IMG/VR virus record: IMGVR_UViG_3300035208_002804
Span: 1-64,000 of that record
Strand: one strand, 5' to 3'
DNA: 64,000 nt
Source of the DNA: a virus
Lineage: Duplodnaviria > Caudoviricetes
Shown here: positions 30,701-40,243 of the stretch, in pieces
Numbering within the stretch: the first letter of the stretch is position 1
Layout: each line of letters begins with the position of its first letter
Made by a program: the position numbers and the translations under genes
The notes under the pieces: generated by a model
Database searches by the model: none
What the model was told of the DNA's origin: nothing
The model's input: only the letters and a program-made list of their open reading frames with translations

Positions 30701-31264
30701 GCTGCCAAGAAAAAATATATGGGTAAATTAATCTGGGAGGAAGGAAAGCATAAAGAGGTATTTCATGATACTGGTACTGAACTTACTCGTTCTGATAGTT
30801 CAAGAATAACAAAGGAGATTCTTGGAACATTTCTTGATTATGTATTAATGAAAGATGATATTGAGGGGGCACGTAAATATATTAAAGAATCATATGAAAA
30901 TATTAAAAATGGTAAGAATGTTGATATTTACGATATATCCATTCCCAAAGAAGTTCGTTCTGTTATGAAAACTGACGGTACAAAAAATAAAAGCCCCTGG
31001 ATAAGTGGCAAAGAAAACAGTATTACTTATTTCAATCACTATATTAATGAGGGAGAAAAACCCCGTCTCATCTACGTCACTAAAGAACCATATGTGTTTT
31101 GTATAGATGAAGATCTTGACATTGGTGAGTGGAAAAATTTTATCGACTGGAAAATGGTTCTTGAAAAAACAGTTACCGACAAATTAAGAACATATACCGA
31201 CGCAGCAGGCATTAATTGGGATGAAGTCATCCACGGTCAAACCAACCTGATGAATTTCATGTGA
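27752..31264 (+). CDS. polB: family B DNA polymerase with intein
   Basis: TTG start with GGTGA SD; Exo YDIE; motif A DIAALYP; motif B KVVANALYG; motif C TGD|TDS split by intein; KKKY; C-terminal PIP box QTNLMNF. Confidence 0.95.
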   Translation: MNDKNIIWVMENASYFVDGKTNKPIILLFSRSWNNKFETVTHRVENFVPYMYAPANETNIELPPNCYYDSESVLDAKGREVVKVFVDIPNRVRDIRDNYSFTDMSDFLFEKRFLVDYKIKYAYTWDGQRPYPVEVEGILEPRILFYDIENLSRDGKFPDASNAVYPTCMIQVGDSYTEDNYLFTCCGIPQTKFKGHIACHNEHEMFKTFLEYIKMINPDLIVGWFSSGYDLPYLIKRAVNIGTRLNGFSRIKMPFRNFDPKKNKWMCKASGRSILDMRDAFKKKTAVEAQRESYALKSIAASFGFTYRDYGPTIHKLFENEDWETLLQYGLNDVLALRLIEKKSGLYSFYESLRKFTGCFMDDVIHTSIPIESMLLHRGIRAMPRKATFNEDDKSKFKGAVVHKPPVGIHHRTISLDIAALYPNVLYGYSLSPDIDGLVAIVAKEILDERERLRTMRKANPDNINIYYEETSVKVVANALYGNLGSKAFRLYDESKAAEVTKRGREINLMLKAEVERLGYKVLTGDSICGKSKLKVYDSTGEWKYINIEDLFINVDTTSDDGKEYCILNDVYVESINNDGKIVLDRIKCVMRHKSKKEIYRIRNSNSKYIDVTEDHSICVYNNKKYDKYADQKDRIVSCKSSEIGVKYKSVIIKRKSIHNKIISKNYDKRLYEYMGYHLGDGTLKFYNYKKNNGEISNYIKGISISFCGHKKEFQNYFVEFLIRSNYISGIGKYSKNDRYEFTGSSKFAKFIFENIGHKHNKTVPEFMFYESDENICSFIRGLFSADGTVLFRNNRPILRLTSIIENVVKDVSELLLNVGIVSNYFKENSENNYNGRKSGTFSYHLIISDIQKFIDKIGFLQSLQNEKLISKGIFQHKVDSELDWSFSSTTSKSEKLGVIDDYVYDLTTVNTHKFFANNILCLNTDSLFINEVKTIEEGLSLEKHFNEFLEKFSIESGSRVIFKLKFEKYFDTLMFKFKKNGDAAKKKYMGKLIWEEGKHKEVFHDTGTELTRSDSSRITKEILGTFLDYVLMKDDIEGARKYIKESYENIKNGKNVDIYDISIPKEVRSVMKTDGTKNKSPWISGKENSITYFNHYINEGEKPRLIYVTKEPYVFCIDEDLDIGEWKNFIDWKMVLEKTVTDKLRTYTDAAGINWDEVIHGQTNLMNFM
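29330..30523 (+). mobile_element. intein with LAGLIDADG homing endonuclease in PolB motif C (398 aa)
   Basis: Starts SICGKS; block B VTEDHS; YMGYHLGDG and FIRGLFSADG; VYDL; ends ILCLN before +1 Thr. Confidence 0.9.
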
Positions 31265-31342
31265 ATAGTAGTTGATACCAACATTTTTATACCCATTCTC
31301 TTTTTTCGAAATCTTTATCTCCTATTATGCCGATATATTTAC

Positions 31343-32086
31343 ATGGGATCTTGTAAGTTGAAGTATCTGTATTTTAAAGATGTCGTTAAGATTATTAAGA
31401 CTGTTCAATCAGATGTCAAGTTAAACATTACACCTGATGGAATGTGGGTTCGTGCTGTTGACACATCAAATGTCATGATGATTAATCTTAACTTGCCAAA
31501 ATCATTATTCGAACATTATAACATGGAAAACCAGGTAATCTATCTTGACATGAACAAGATTACGAATTTTGCAAATATGACATATGGTTGGATCGAGATT
31601 AAGCAGGTAGCGAGGAACGGAGAACTGGTTTATTCCACTCTTAATCTATCATCTGGTAAATTTACTATGATGACATCTGGTATAGATGGAAATTTAGTTA
31701 AAAAAGAACCTAAAGTTCCAGATAATTCCATATTAAATGATGCTACTGTTATTGTAAAAGCATTTGATGTTCGTAATTTCTTGAGATCGATAAAAAGTAG
31801 TTGTAATAAAGTTAAGATTTATGTATCTGAAAACAATTCATCGCTCAAAGCACTTGATGAATCATTAGAACAAGACGTATACCAATTACAGGTAACAAGC
31901 GGCTGTGTAGATTCAAATCATGAAACGTCTCTTTATTCGATTGGGTATCTTTATGACGCATTTAAATACATAAAGAATGATGTTGCAATTTCAATGTCAA
32001 CCGATACACCATGCAAAATATCATTCAACTTCAACGATATACCGGTGGGATGTTATTACCTTGCACCCAGAGTGGAAGCCGATTAA
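31343..32086 (+). CDS. pcn: PCNA sliding clamp
   Basis: GMWVRAVDTSNVMMINLNLPKSLFEHY..SLYSIGYL..DTPCKISF..YYLAPRVE. Confidence 0.9.
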   Translation: MGSCKLKYLYFKDVVKIIKTVQSDVKLNITPDGMWVRAVDTSNVMMINLNLPKSLFEHYNMENQVIYLDMNKITNFANMTYGWIEIKQVARNGELVYSTLNLSSGKFTMMTSGIDGNLVKKEPKVPDNSILNDATVIVKAFDVRNFLRSIKSSCNKVKIYVSENNSSLKALDESLEQDVYQLQVTSGCVDSNHETSLYSIGYLYDAFKYIKNDVAISMSTDTPCKISFNFNDIPVGCYYLAPRVEAD

Positions 32087-32171
32087 AAAGAGTAATTTGA
32101 ATTTAGAGTTTAGATTTCGTTTCTTTTATTTTTTTTTTGAAAAATTAGTTATTTTACTGTTCTTCTAAAAA

Positions 32172-33014
32172 TTATTCTGATTGAGTTATGTTCTCATCAG
32201 ATTCATCAGATTCATTGGTTACATTAGATTCTTCCATTCCCACCTCTTCTTTGCCAAAGGTTACGTTGCTGATATCGACGGTTTCATTCATTGTTGCATT
32301 TTCCTCACTTGTGTTGTTGATAATCTCCATAGGGACACTGTAGTCTTCCCAGGTAAAGTCAACCGGTAGATTATACTTTGTTCCGTTTGAACCGTAAACT
32401 GATGCCGATACGTATTCACTGTAACCATAATGCATCGTGTCTTCACCTGCATCAAGACCTGCCAATACAGTTCCTCGCTTAATTGCAGTTGCACTACCGG
32501 CGTTACCTTCTGCTCGCATACTTGATGTTATATTTGCATCATCAACAACTGAAACGGATTCATGTTTTGCTCCATTAACACCATTCTGGATAAATTCTGA
32601 TTCAGCAAACTGATAACTTGGAGTTCCGGCGTCATCAAGATTTGCATACAACGAATTAATATCCTTGTAATTTTCCATCGACGTTTTGACATCAACTAAT
32701 GAAGCGGCACTTGATTCAACATTAGTGGACGTATCAAGCATATTGTAAAACTGCTGATTCGACACATCTTTGGCACTTAAAATAGCAAGCCCATTGAGAG
32801 CCATTACTCTGCGGGCATTGGTCTGAATGTTGTAACTTCCAGATGAAGCGCCAAGTCCATTACTGGTAATTTCAGATGATGATTTTGAACTCATCAATAT
32901 ACTCGATCCATATGCACCATCAATATCAGTAGTTGACGTTGATTTTGATGCAAATGTTATTCCCGTCGTCATTGCCATGAGAATTAACAGGATTAAAAAT
33001 AGTTGTTTATACAT
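32172..33014 (-). CDS. secreted/surface protein with many N-glycosylation sequons
   Basis: Signal peptide MYKQLFLILLILMAM; Ser/Thr-rich; 8 N-x-S/T sequons in the last ~50 aa. Confidence 0.7.
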   Translation of the reverse strand: MYKQLFLILLILMAMTTGITFASKSTSTTDIDGAYGSSILMSSKSSSEITSNGLGASSGSYNIQTNARRVMALNGLAILSAKDVSNQQFYNMLDTSTNVESSAASLVDVKTSMENYKDINSLYANLDDAGTPSYQFAESEFIQNGVNGAKHESVSVVDDANITSSMRAEGNAGSATAIKRGTVLAGLDAGEDTMHYGYSEYVSASVYGSNGTKYNLPVDFTWEDYSVPMEIINNTSEENATMNETVDISNVTFGKEEVGMEESNVTNESDESDENITQSE

Positions 33015-33069
33015 AACACTGTTCCATAAGATAGAAAATTTTAATTACGCTCTTCATGATCCATAAAAT

Positions 33070-33273
33070 TCAAATGTCCTCGGTATATGGACAATCTCCC
33101 TTTTCATCGCTGATAGTATTGCCGGATTCTTTCTTGTCATCGCACATCATTTTACACTTAATGGCGACACTTTTCATTGCAGCGCGAAGTTTATTCCAAT
33201 ATCCAGGCTGTGGATTAGCAAGTCGTTCATTCATTGCAGCACGAGCCTTATCAGTTGCCATTGGTTTGCTCAT
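33070..33273 (-). CDS. hypothetical protein
   Basis: Minus-strand TATA box ~25-30 nt upstream. Confidence 0.55.
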   Translation of the reverse strand: MSKPMATDKARAAMNERLANPQPGYWNKLRAAMKSVAIKCKMMCDDKKESGNTISDEKGDCPYTEDI

Positions 33274-33580
33274 GTATTAATATTATGTTTTACTCTTATT
33301 TAAACATGGTGAGAAAGAAGGGGAAGGTTAAAATGTATTGTAATCTAATATTTAATTCCTTGATAATCACACATATAAATATGGATAAATTATTATCAGA
33401 TACATCATGACAATAACCAAATTAACCAAAATAAGAGCAAAACTATGTTACAATGTATTATATTATTATTACAGAATCTACCATCTTATTTTCAAGAAAC
33501 ACAAGCAATCATAATATTTATATTTCCCACCTCTATTTTTTCGAAAGGTTTAACCATAATAAGAACAAATAGAATACTAT

Positions 33581-33865
33581 ATGTCAGCGGTTGAAAGGTT
33601 TGTCTGTGATTATTGTGGAAGGGAACTATCCGAAAATGATGGCTGGTTCTTTATCAGTGAAGAATGTGCAATTGCCCATACCGGGGATCATAATAGTGAA
33701 CATTGTATCAGGGAAGATTTTGAACTTGATTTCTGCTGCAAAGAACATCTAATGTCATATATCGACGAACACCTATGTGATACATTAGGGCTTGTGGAAT
33801 CTTATATAAAAAAGAACATGGTGATTAGTGGTGGGATAGTAAACAGATCAAGTGATTATTGTTAA
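33581..33865 (+). CDS. zinc-finger small protein
   Basis: CDYCG..DFCCKEHL. Confidence 0.6.
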   Translation: MSAVERFVCDYCGRELSENDGWFFISEECAIAHTGDHNSEHCIREDFELDFCCKEHLMSYIDEHLCDTLGLVESYIKKNMVISGGIVNRSSDYC

Positions 33866-33934
33866 GTATTCAAACTATTTTATAATTTAACTATTTTCGA
33901 TTACATTATTACTATTTTATTAAACTATTCTTTT

Positions 33935-34112
33935 ATCCGAACTAACGAAGTGTCGTGAGGATCGAGCAAGGAAATGAAGCGAATTTGAGCGGTTTTTGCG
34001 AAAAGAGCCTGAATGACGCCGCGATTGATATCCTGCAAAAGAAAAAAGGAAGATTTCTCTTCTCCGTTCTCTCCTGTCTACACTATTATATGTGGTTATA
34101 CTATTATTTAAA
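33935..34112 (-). ncRNA. dispersed element E3
   Basis: Minus strand TTTAAATA from 34112; AGTGTAGACA from 34084; hairpin; TTTTCTTTTGCAG; no downstream ORF (convergent with 33581). Confidence 0.55.
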
Positions 34113-34170
34113 TATATTGCATTAAAAACACTGAAAGTTTAAAAAAGAGAAAGTTAGTTATCCCCTCTCT

Positions 34171-34407
34171 TTATGCTACGAGGGTGCCGTGGTCTTCGAG
34201 ACGGGCTACGAATACTGGGTTGTTTCCAATTGAGACAAGAACGTTAATGTCTTCATCGTGGATGAGAACTTTGTTTCCTTCTGGGTTTACGAGTTGGAAG
34301 TCGTTGTAAGTGATTTTATCTGCTTCGTTGGTGAGATCTGCATCCTGACGAATGGTATATCCATTTGCGAGTTCGATAACGATTTTTTCTGCTACAATAT
34401 CGGCCAT
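34171..34407 (-). CDS. hypothetical protein
   Basis: AAGGA SD; ORF. Confidence 0.6.
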   Translation of the reverse strand: MADIVAEKIVIELANGYTIRQDADLTNEADKITYNDFQLVNPEGNKVLIHDEDINVLVSIGNNPVFVARLEDHGTLVA

Positions 34408-34428
34408 AATTGTTTCCTTATATAAAAT

Positions 34429-34710
34429 TTAAATTGTTTTTCCTTCCAGGGAAGTTATTTCTGCTGGAATATTCACATCATTCTGGACTTCTTTGATGAG
34501 TTCAATAACATCTTTTCCGAACGCTTGATACTCAAGATCACTCCATGTTTTGTCAGCATCTCCCTGGAAATAGGAATTGCCAATGTCAGTAAGTTTAGTT
34601 GCAACCTTGAGATATCGAAGAGCGCGCGCGTTTGTGGCAAAATAGGTTACGAGTATACCTACAATGGTAGAAGCGACACCTATAATTGCTACCGGATCGA
34701 TATCTGGCAT
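34429..34710 (-). CDS. N-terminal TM small protein (holin-like?)
   Basis: Single N-terminal hydrophobic helix, then amphipathic helices. Confidence 0.5.
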   Translation of the reverse strand: MPDIDPVAIIGVASTIVGILVTYFATNARALRYLKVATKLTDIGNSYFQGDADKTWSDLEYQAFGKDVIELIKEVQNDVNIPAEITSLEGKTI

Positions 34711-34889
34711 ACAATAGAGATAAGACTGATTTCCAGTATATAAAGATAAATTTTTAAATGCTGTATAAAAAGGTTGTATATTAATGGGTAAAAGATGGGG
34801 AATTTATATATAACAAAGAAATCTTTAATTACTATTCATTCTTCTTATATGGATATGTTTATTAATAAAAACAACATATATAAATACCA

Positions 34890-35918
34890 ATGCCTATAGT
34901 TTCAATTACGATCTCTACATGGGACCGGGTTAATGATTTAAAGGTGTGTGTTGATTCAATTTTAAATCAGTCATATATAAAGAATAATGATCGGGATACA
35001 TGGGAACTTATTATTGTTGATAATGGAAGCAAAGATGGAACTCGTCAATATTTATCAGAATTAGAAAGTGTAATTGGCCACAATCTTAAATATATAATAT
35101 TGTCTCATTCTAATTATACTGCAATGCAAACACTTAATTTTGCATTTAAAATGGCATCTGGTGAATTTGTAATTGTTCTTGATGATGATGCATTTATTGA
35201 AAGTAATGATGCTATAGAGTCCATGGTTGAAATAATGAATCAGAATTTTAATTGTGCAATCATTGGTGCAAATGTTCAATTTGAAAAAGAAAGATTCGAC
35301 GGAACATTATCTCAAATGCCAATACGATGTCTTGATGGAAGATTTTTAACAACTGGAGAAATATTATCATTGTCGGATGTTATACCATATTATGAATTTC
35401 ATGGTGCATTTGCAATGTTTAGAAATGAAATATTAGAATTGGTTGGATATTATGATAATGATTTTAATATTTATATAAATGAATTTGATTTAGCATGTAA
35501 AGTTTTGGATAGAGGCAATGATGTTTTATTTGCCAAAAATATAATTGCGAAACATAAAGATCAGTCGTCTATAAAATGTAATAAGAAAAATATAAATTAC
35601 ATTATAAATTATGATACTGTTGTTACACGTAGTTTCACTGGGATATTTAATCGAATTAAAGTTGTTTCTATTAGATTACCAATGCTATATGTTATGCATA
35701 TGATAAATATGATTAAATATTGTAGTAAATTAAGAATTTTTATGTTTACTATTCAAACCGGAGTTGAATATTTTAGGGCGCTTTTTAGATGTGTTTTTCC
35801 TGATAAACATTATAAATTTAGAGATAAAAAATTACAAGAATATATGCAAGTATCATTATATAATAGTTTTAAGAAGAATACAACAGATTTTATAAGGAAA
35901 ATATTTAATGACAATTAA
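34890..35918 (+). CDS. glycosyltransferase family 2
   Basis: VSITISTWDR, IIVDNGSKDGT, LDDD, EFDLA. Confidence 0.9.
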   Translation: MPIVSITISTWDRVNDLKVCVDSILNQSYIKNNDRDTWELIIVDNGSKDGTRQYLSELESVIGHNLKYIILSHSNYTAMQTLNFAFKMASGEFVIVLDDDAFIESNDAIESMVEIMNQNFNCAIIGANVQFEKERFDGTLSQMPIRCLDGRFLTTGEILSLSDVIPYYEFHGAFAMFRNEILELVGYYDNDFNIYINEFDLACKVLDRGNDVLFAKNIIAKHKDQSSIKCNKKNINYIINYDTVVTRSFTGIFNRIKVVSIRLPMLYVMHMINMIKYCSKLRIFMFTIQTGVEYFRALFRCVFPDKHYKFRDKKLQEYMQVSLYNSFKKNTTDFIRKIFNDN

Positions 35919-36867
35919 AAAAGTGGGGGTCGCACTGTCAACTTGGAATAGAGCAGAAGATCTTGATAGATGTCTTGATTTATTATATAAACAGACATAT
36001 GGACCATTTGACGTATATGTAATTGATAATTGTAGTAATGACACGACAAGATGTGTTTTAGATAAATATTATAATGAATATAATAATTTTGAATATTATA
36101 TAATGCCGCATTCTAATTTTAGTGCTATATATACAATTAATTTAGCACTGAAAGAATTGGATAATGATTACATTATTATTCTTGATGATGATACTTTTCT
36201 TGAAGATCCATATACTATTGAGAAATTAGTTAATACTGCCGATTCGGATGAAAATATCGCAATAGTAGCAACTAATGTTCGTGATAATTTTGGAAGAGCA
36301 TCTTTAATTTTAAAGACCCTATTATTTGATGCCGTTGACTATAATGATATATCTAATGATGATGTTTTTGATATAGATGATTTTAGCGGTGCGTGTGCAT
36401 TGTTTAGAAGTGATCTTGTTGGCCCGGAATTTTATGATGAATCTTTTAAAATTTATTGGAATGAACCAGATCTTGCTATTCGAATGGTGGCAAAAGGCTA
36501 TCGTGTTGTAGTTAATCAATCAATACGAGTTACTCATGGAAGTGATGTTGGTAGAGAATCGTGTAGATCATTTTACTATGGATCTCGAAATACATTTAGA
36601 TTAATGACAAAGTTATTATCAAGAAAACGAAGTTTGATTTTAATGGGAATATTAATTCCATTTCATTTAAAACGATATTTATCTATGAGAAAGGAAAGTA
36701 AATTTTATGAATATTTACCAAAAGTGGTGTATTGTTATATTGAAAATTTAGTGCGCGGAATTTTTGTAGATCGTATACAATTTAATGATGTTAATGTTCA
36801 AGCCCGTGTTTATAATACATATATAAAATATTATCTCAAAGAAATTATGTTTGGTTTACAGGTATAA
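35908..36867 (+). CDS. glycosyltransferase family 2 (paralog of previous)
   Basis: STWNR, VIDNCSND, LDDD, SGAC, EPDLA. Confidence 0.9.
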   Translation: MTIKKVGVALSTWNRAEDLDRCLDLLYKQTYGPFDVYVIDNCSNDTTRCVLDKYYNEYNNFEYYIMPHSNFSAIYTINLALKELDNDYIIILDDDTFLEDPYTIEKLVNTADSDENIAIVATNVRDNFGRASLILKTLLFDAVDYNDISNDDVFDIDDFSGACALFRSDLVGPEFYDESFKIYWNEPDLAIRMVAKGYRVVVNQSIRVTHGSDVGRESCRSFYYGSRNTFRLMTKLLSRKRSLILMGILIPFHLKRYLSMRKESKFYEYLPKVVYCYIENLVRGIFVDRIQFNDVNVQARVYNTYIKYYLKEIMFGLQV

Positions 36868-36874
36868 TATTAAT

Positions 36875-37519
36875 ATGAAAATCAAGTTTTATATTAAATT
36901 TGCATATCATTATTTTTATGATAATATTTACACACGATTAGTAAGTAATTTTTATCTGTTGAAATGGAAAATATATAAATATAAATTATTTAATAAATGT
37001 GATAAACCAACCATATTATATATATCGTTTATAAATGGAGGGGGGTTATTAAAACATATTAATGAACTTATTACTGGAATGAAAGATACTTATGATGTGT
37101 GGGTTTTTACCAATGATAATTTTGTGACTCATTATGATGGTAATAAAAAGATTATTTTTAAGCATGATTTGGACTTAAATTCTGCTATTCGATGTGTTAA
37201 TCCAGACATTATTCATGTTCATCAATTAAGTAAAACCTTATGGGAAATTCCATTTATCGAATGGGAGAAATCGATTATAACAATACACGATATGTATTAT
37301 GTGTGCCCATATTTTTTCATGACCGAATGCATGAATGATAAATTTTGTCATCCATCATTGTGTAATATTGAATGGAGAAACGAAATGCATGGGATATTAG
37401 TGCGATGTAAATCTATTATTTGTCCATCAGTTGCAATGAAAGACTTACTTTTATTTTATTATCCAGATATTGAGAATAAGATAACTATTATAGAACACGG
37501 AATTAATAAATTATGTTGA
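36875..37519 (+). CDS. GT4 (GT-B) glycosyltransferase, N-terminal domain
   Basis: GGGLLKH, PDIIHVH, TIHDMYYVCP, ICPS, IEHGI. Confidence 0.75.
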   Translation: MKIKFYIKFAYHYFYDNIYTRLVSNFYLLKWKIYKYKLFNKCDKPTILYISFINGGGLLKHINELITGMKDTYDVWVFTNDNFVTHYDGNKKIIFKHDLDLNSAIRCVNPDIIHVHQLSKTLWEIPFIEWEKSIITIHDMYYVCPYFFMTECMNDKFCHPSLCNIEWRNEMHGILVRCKSIICPSVAMKDLLLFYYPDIENKITIIEHGINKLC

Positions 37520-38028
37520 ATGTTGCATATGTTGGTGCGTTATATCACCCAAAAGGATTAAAAACATTATATTATCTAACAAATGATTTTACGGTTCCTG
37601 TTAATTGGTTTATTTTTGGTTGGATAACAGATCATTATAAACAATATCAATGTGATAATGCCTTTGTTTATGGTCCTTATAGAACTACTTGTGAATTATA
37701 TGATTTATTAGATTATTATAATATTGACATTGTTATTATGCCTAATGAATGTCCAGAATCATTTTCTTATGTATTGAGTGAAATATGGGAATATAAAATA
37801 CCGGTTCTTGGAACAGATCGTGGGTCAGTTTGTAGTAGAATTGAACAAACTGGATGTGGATGGATATGTAACCCAAGTAAAATGGGAGAAAAGTTAAAAT
37901 GGCTCAATGATAATCCAGATGAGATAGATACTGTGATAAATAGATTATATGATTATGATGTAACTTCAATCGAAAAAATGCATACTGATTATAAAAATTT
38001 ATATGCTAAATTGATACATGATTCATAA
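37513..38028 (+). CDS. GT4 (GT-B) glycosyltransferase, C-terminal domain
   Basis: YVGALYHPKG, PESFSYVLSE, PVLGTDRG. Confidence 0.8.
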   Translation: MLNVAYVGALYHPKGLKTLYYLTNDFTVPVNWFIFGWITDHYKQYQCDNAFVYGPYRTTCELYDLLDYYNIDIVIMPNECPESFSYVLSEIWEYKIPVLGTDRGSVCSRIEQTGCGWICNPSKMGEKLKWLNDNPDEIDTVINRLYDYDVTSIEKMHTDYKNLYAKLIHDS

Positions 38029-38088
38029 TTTCTGTTTTTTATAAAAAGAAATCGTTAAGTTTTAATAGTATACTTACATATATTACAT

Positions 38089-39597
38089 ATGATTACTGCA
38101 TTGGTTGTCATGTATAATTCAGAATCATTTCTTGACAATCGATTTAAATCTCTTTGGTTTTGTGATGAAATTATTGCAATTGATTTAGGTAGTAAGGATA
38201 ATTCTATTAATATTGCTAAAAAATATAATTGTATTATTAAACACAATGAATGGGTTCCAATGGGTGAACTTGCATGGATCAATTTTGTTAAAGATGCAAC
38301 AAATGATTGGATAATAATTGCTGATCCTGATGAAATTATTCCTAACAAACTTGCTAATAAGATAATATCCACGTTAAATAATATTAGTGATAATATTGGT
38401 ATAATTGGTCTTCCATATAGACATCATTTCATGGGTAAAAAAGTAAATATTTCTATGTGGAAAGAAATACATTATATAAATAAAATATTCCATAGAGATA
38501 GAATTACATTACATGGCCTTGTTCATTCTCCGTTTTGTTTAAATGAACCACATAATATTTTAAATTTACATATGTCAGTTGATGAGTCTGATGTTGTTTT
38601 ACATTATCCAGGAGAGAAACTTTCTAAATTATGTAAAAAATTGTTTAGATATTCATTAATGGAAGGAAAATCAAAATATGAAAGAGGTGAACGATGGACA
38701 ATTAAATCGTGTTTAAAGTATATTGCAGCGAGTATATGGTATAATTTAAAAAAGTCTGATGTTTTTCATAACCTAAAATTGATATATCTTCCATTTATGT
38801 TTATTGGTTATGATATATTGTCTCAAATTTCTTTATTTATGTATCAATTTAAAAACAAACATGATAAACTTGTTGAAATTCTTCAAATAGAACCAACACG
38901 AAGATGTAATATGAATTGTAAACATTGTAATCATAAAGATAACAATGGTTATATTTCAATTGATACCTTTGAAAAAATATTATCTAAACACGCTAATGTA
39001 GAAATAATTAAAATTCAAGGTCTTGGAGAACCACTATTGCATCCAAACATTGGTAAATTAATTGAACTATCTCATAAACACAATTCGAAAGTAATGATTA
39101 TAACAAATGGATCTGTTCCTATTCCAAGCGGAATAGATCAATTGATTATTTCACTTGAAACGGTAAATCCATTAAAATATAAAGAAATTCGTAATTATGA
39201 TTTAGAAAAAGTATTATTAAATATTAGATATATTGCAACAAAACAAAAAGTGATTGCCAATTGCGTTCAGACAAATTTAACAAATGAAGATGATGTTGAA
39301 GAAGTAAAAGCATTTACTGAATCAATTAATGGAGAATTATGGATTACCCCAATGGAAGTGTGGTATGATAATTTACATAAAGAATATCCTGAATCATTAA
39401 AAAATGTAATTGACGCGTATATAACTCATAATATAAACTTGAAGTTTAGAAACTCAACATGTCGATGGCTAACAAAAAGATATTTGTATTATGATTATCT
39501 TGGAAGAATGCACCCATGTTGTATTAGAATGACTGATGAATATCTTGTAAACAGTGATTTTGATTTTACTAATTGCTGTAAAACATGTCCTATGTAA
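38089..39597 (+). CDS. GT2 - radical SAM (SPASM/twitch) fusion protein
   Basis: N-term IDLGSKD..ADPDE; C-term EPTRRCNMNCKHC, GLGEPLLHP, TNG, PCC..CKTC. Confidence 0.8.
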   Translation: MITALVVMYNSESFLDNRFKSLWFCDEIIAIDLGSKDNSINIAKKYNCIIKHNEWVPMGELAWINFVKDATNDWIIIADPDEIIPNKLANKIISTLNNISDNIGIIGLPYRHHFMGKKVNISMWKEIHYINKIFHRDRITLHGLVHSPFCLNEPHNILNLHMSVDESDVVLHYPGEKLSKLCKKLFRYSLMEGKSKYERGERWTIKSCLKYIAASIWYNLKKSDVFHNLKLIYLPFMFIGYDILSQISLFMYQFKNKHDKLVEILQIEPTRRCNMNCKHCNHKDNNGYISIDTFEKILSKHANVEIIKIQGLGEPLLHPNIGKLIELSHKHNSKVMIITNGSVPIPSGIDQLIISLETVNPLKYKEIRNYDLEKVLLNIRYIATKQKVIANCVQTNLTNEDDVEEVKAFTESINGELWITPMEVWYDNLHKEYPESLKNVIDAYITHNINLKFRNSTCRWLTKRYLYYDYLGRMHPCCIRMTDEYLVNSDFDFTNCCKTCPM

Positions 39598-39608
39598 GGA
39601 GAATAAAT

Positions 39609-40166
39609 ATGAAATTAGATAATAATGTAACTGGCTGTTTAAGCCCAATTGAAGGAACTATGATTAGTAGTCTCTATAGAGAATGTAGTCCTGAAAATTG
39701 TGCAGTAAATATTGGATGCTATAAAGGAAAATCATTACGTTATATGATTTGTGAAATGGATCATTGGTATTGGGAACCTCCCAAAATTTATGGTATTGAC
39801 ATTAAGATAAAACAAGAATTGAAAAATGCATTTGTTATTAACCACGTCACGTTGATTGAAAATTCATCTACTAACATGGAAACGCTTTCGCAGATTAGAG
39901 AACCAATTGAATTCTTATTTATTGATGGCGATCATTCATATACTGGATGTATGAATGATTTGATGTTATATTGGCCTAAAATTGTGTCAGGTGGTGTTGT
40001 TATGGTTCATGATGTATTTGACACCAGTGGGAAAATATGTGAACCTGATGTTGGTGAAGCATTCAAATATTTTGTTGAAATGAATAAAGATAAGTTAGTT
40101 CCTGATGATTGGTATCTTGGTCCGGTCCATAGAGTAGATTCTAGTGCCATAATCCAGAAAATTTAG
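39609..40166 (+). CDS. class I SAM-dependent methyltransferase (Methyltransf_24-like)
   Basis: NIGCYKGKS, YGID, FIDGDHSY, GGVVMVHD. Confidence 0.8.
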   Translation: MKLDNNVTGCLSPIEGTMISSLYRECSPENCAVNIGCYKGKSLRYMICEMDHWYWEPPKIYGIDIKIKQELKNAFVINHVTLIENSSTNMETLSQIREPIEFLFIDGDHSYTGCMNDLMLYWPKIVSGGVVMVHDVFDTSGKICEPDVGEAFKYFVEMNKDKLVPDDWYLGPVHRVDSSAIIQKI

Positions 40167-40243
40167 TATTGTAAGAAATCTTTTATATACTCCGTTATCT
40201 TTTTTCCAAACATTTATCTACTTTCTTAACCTACTATATATTC

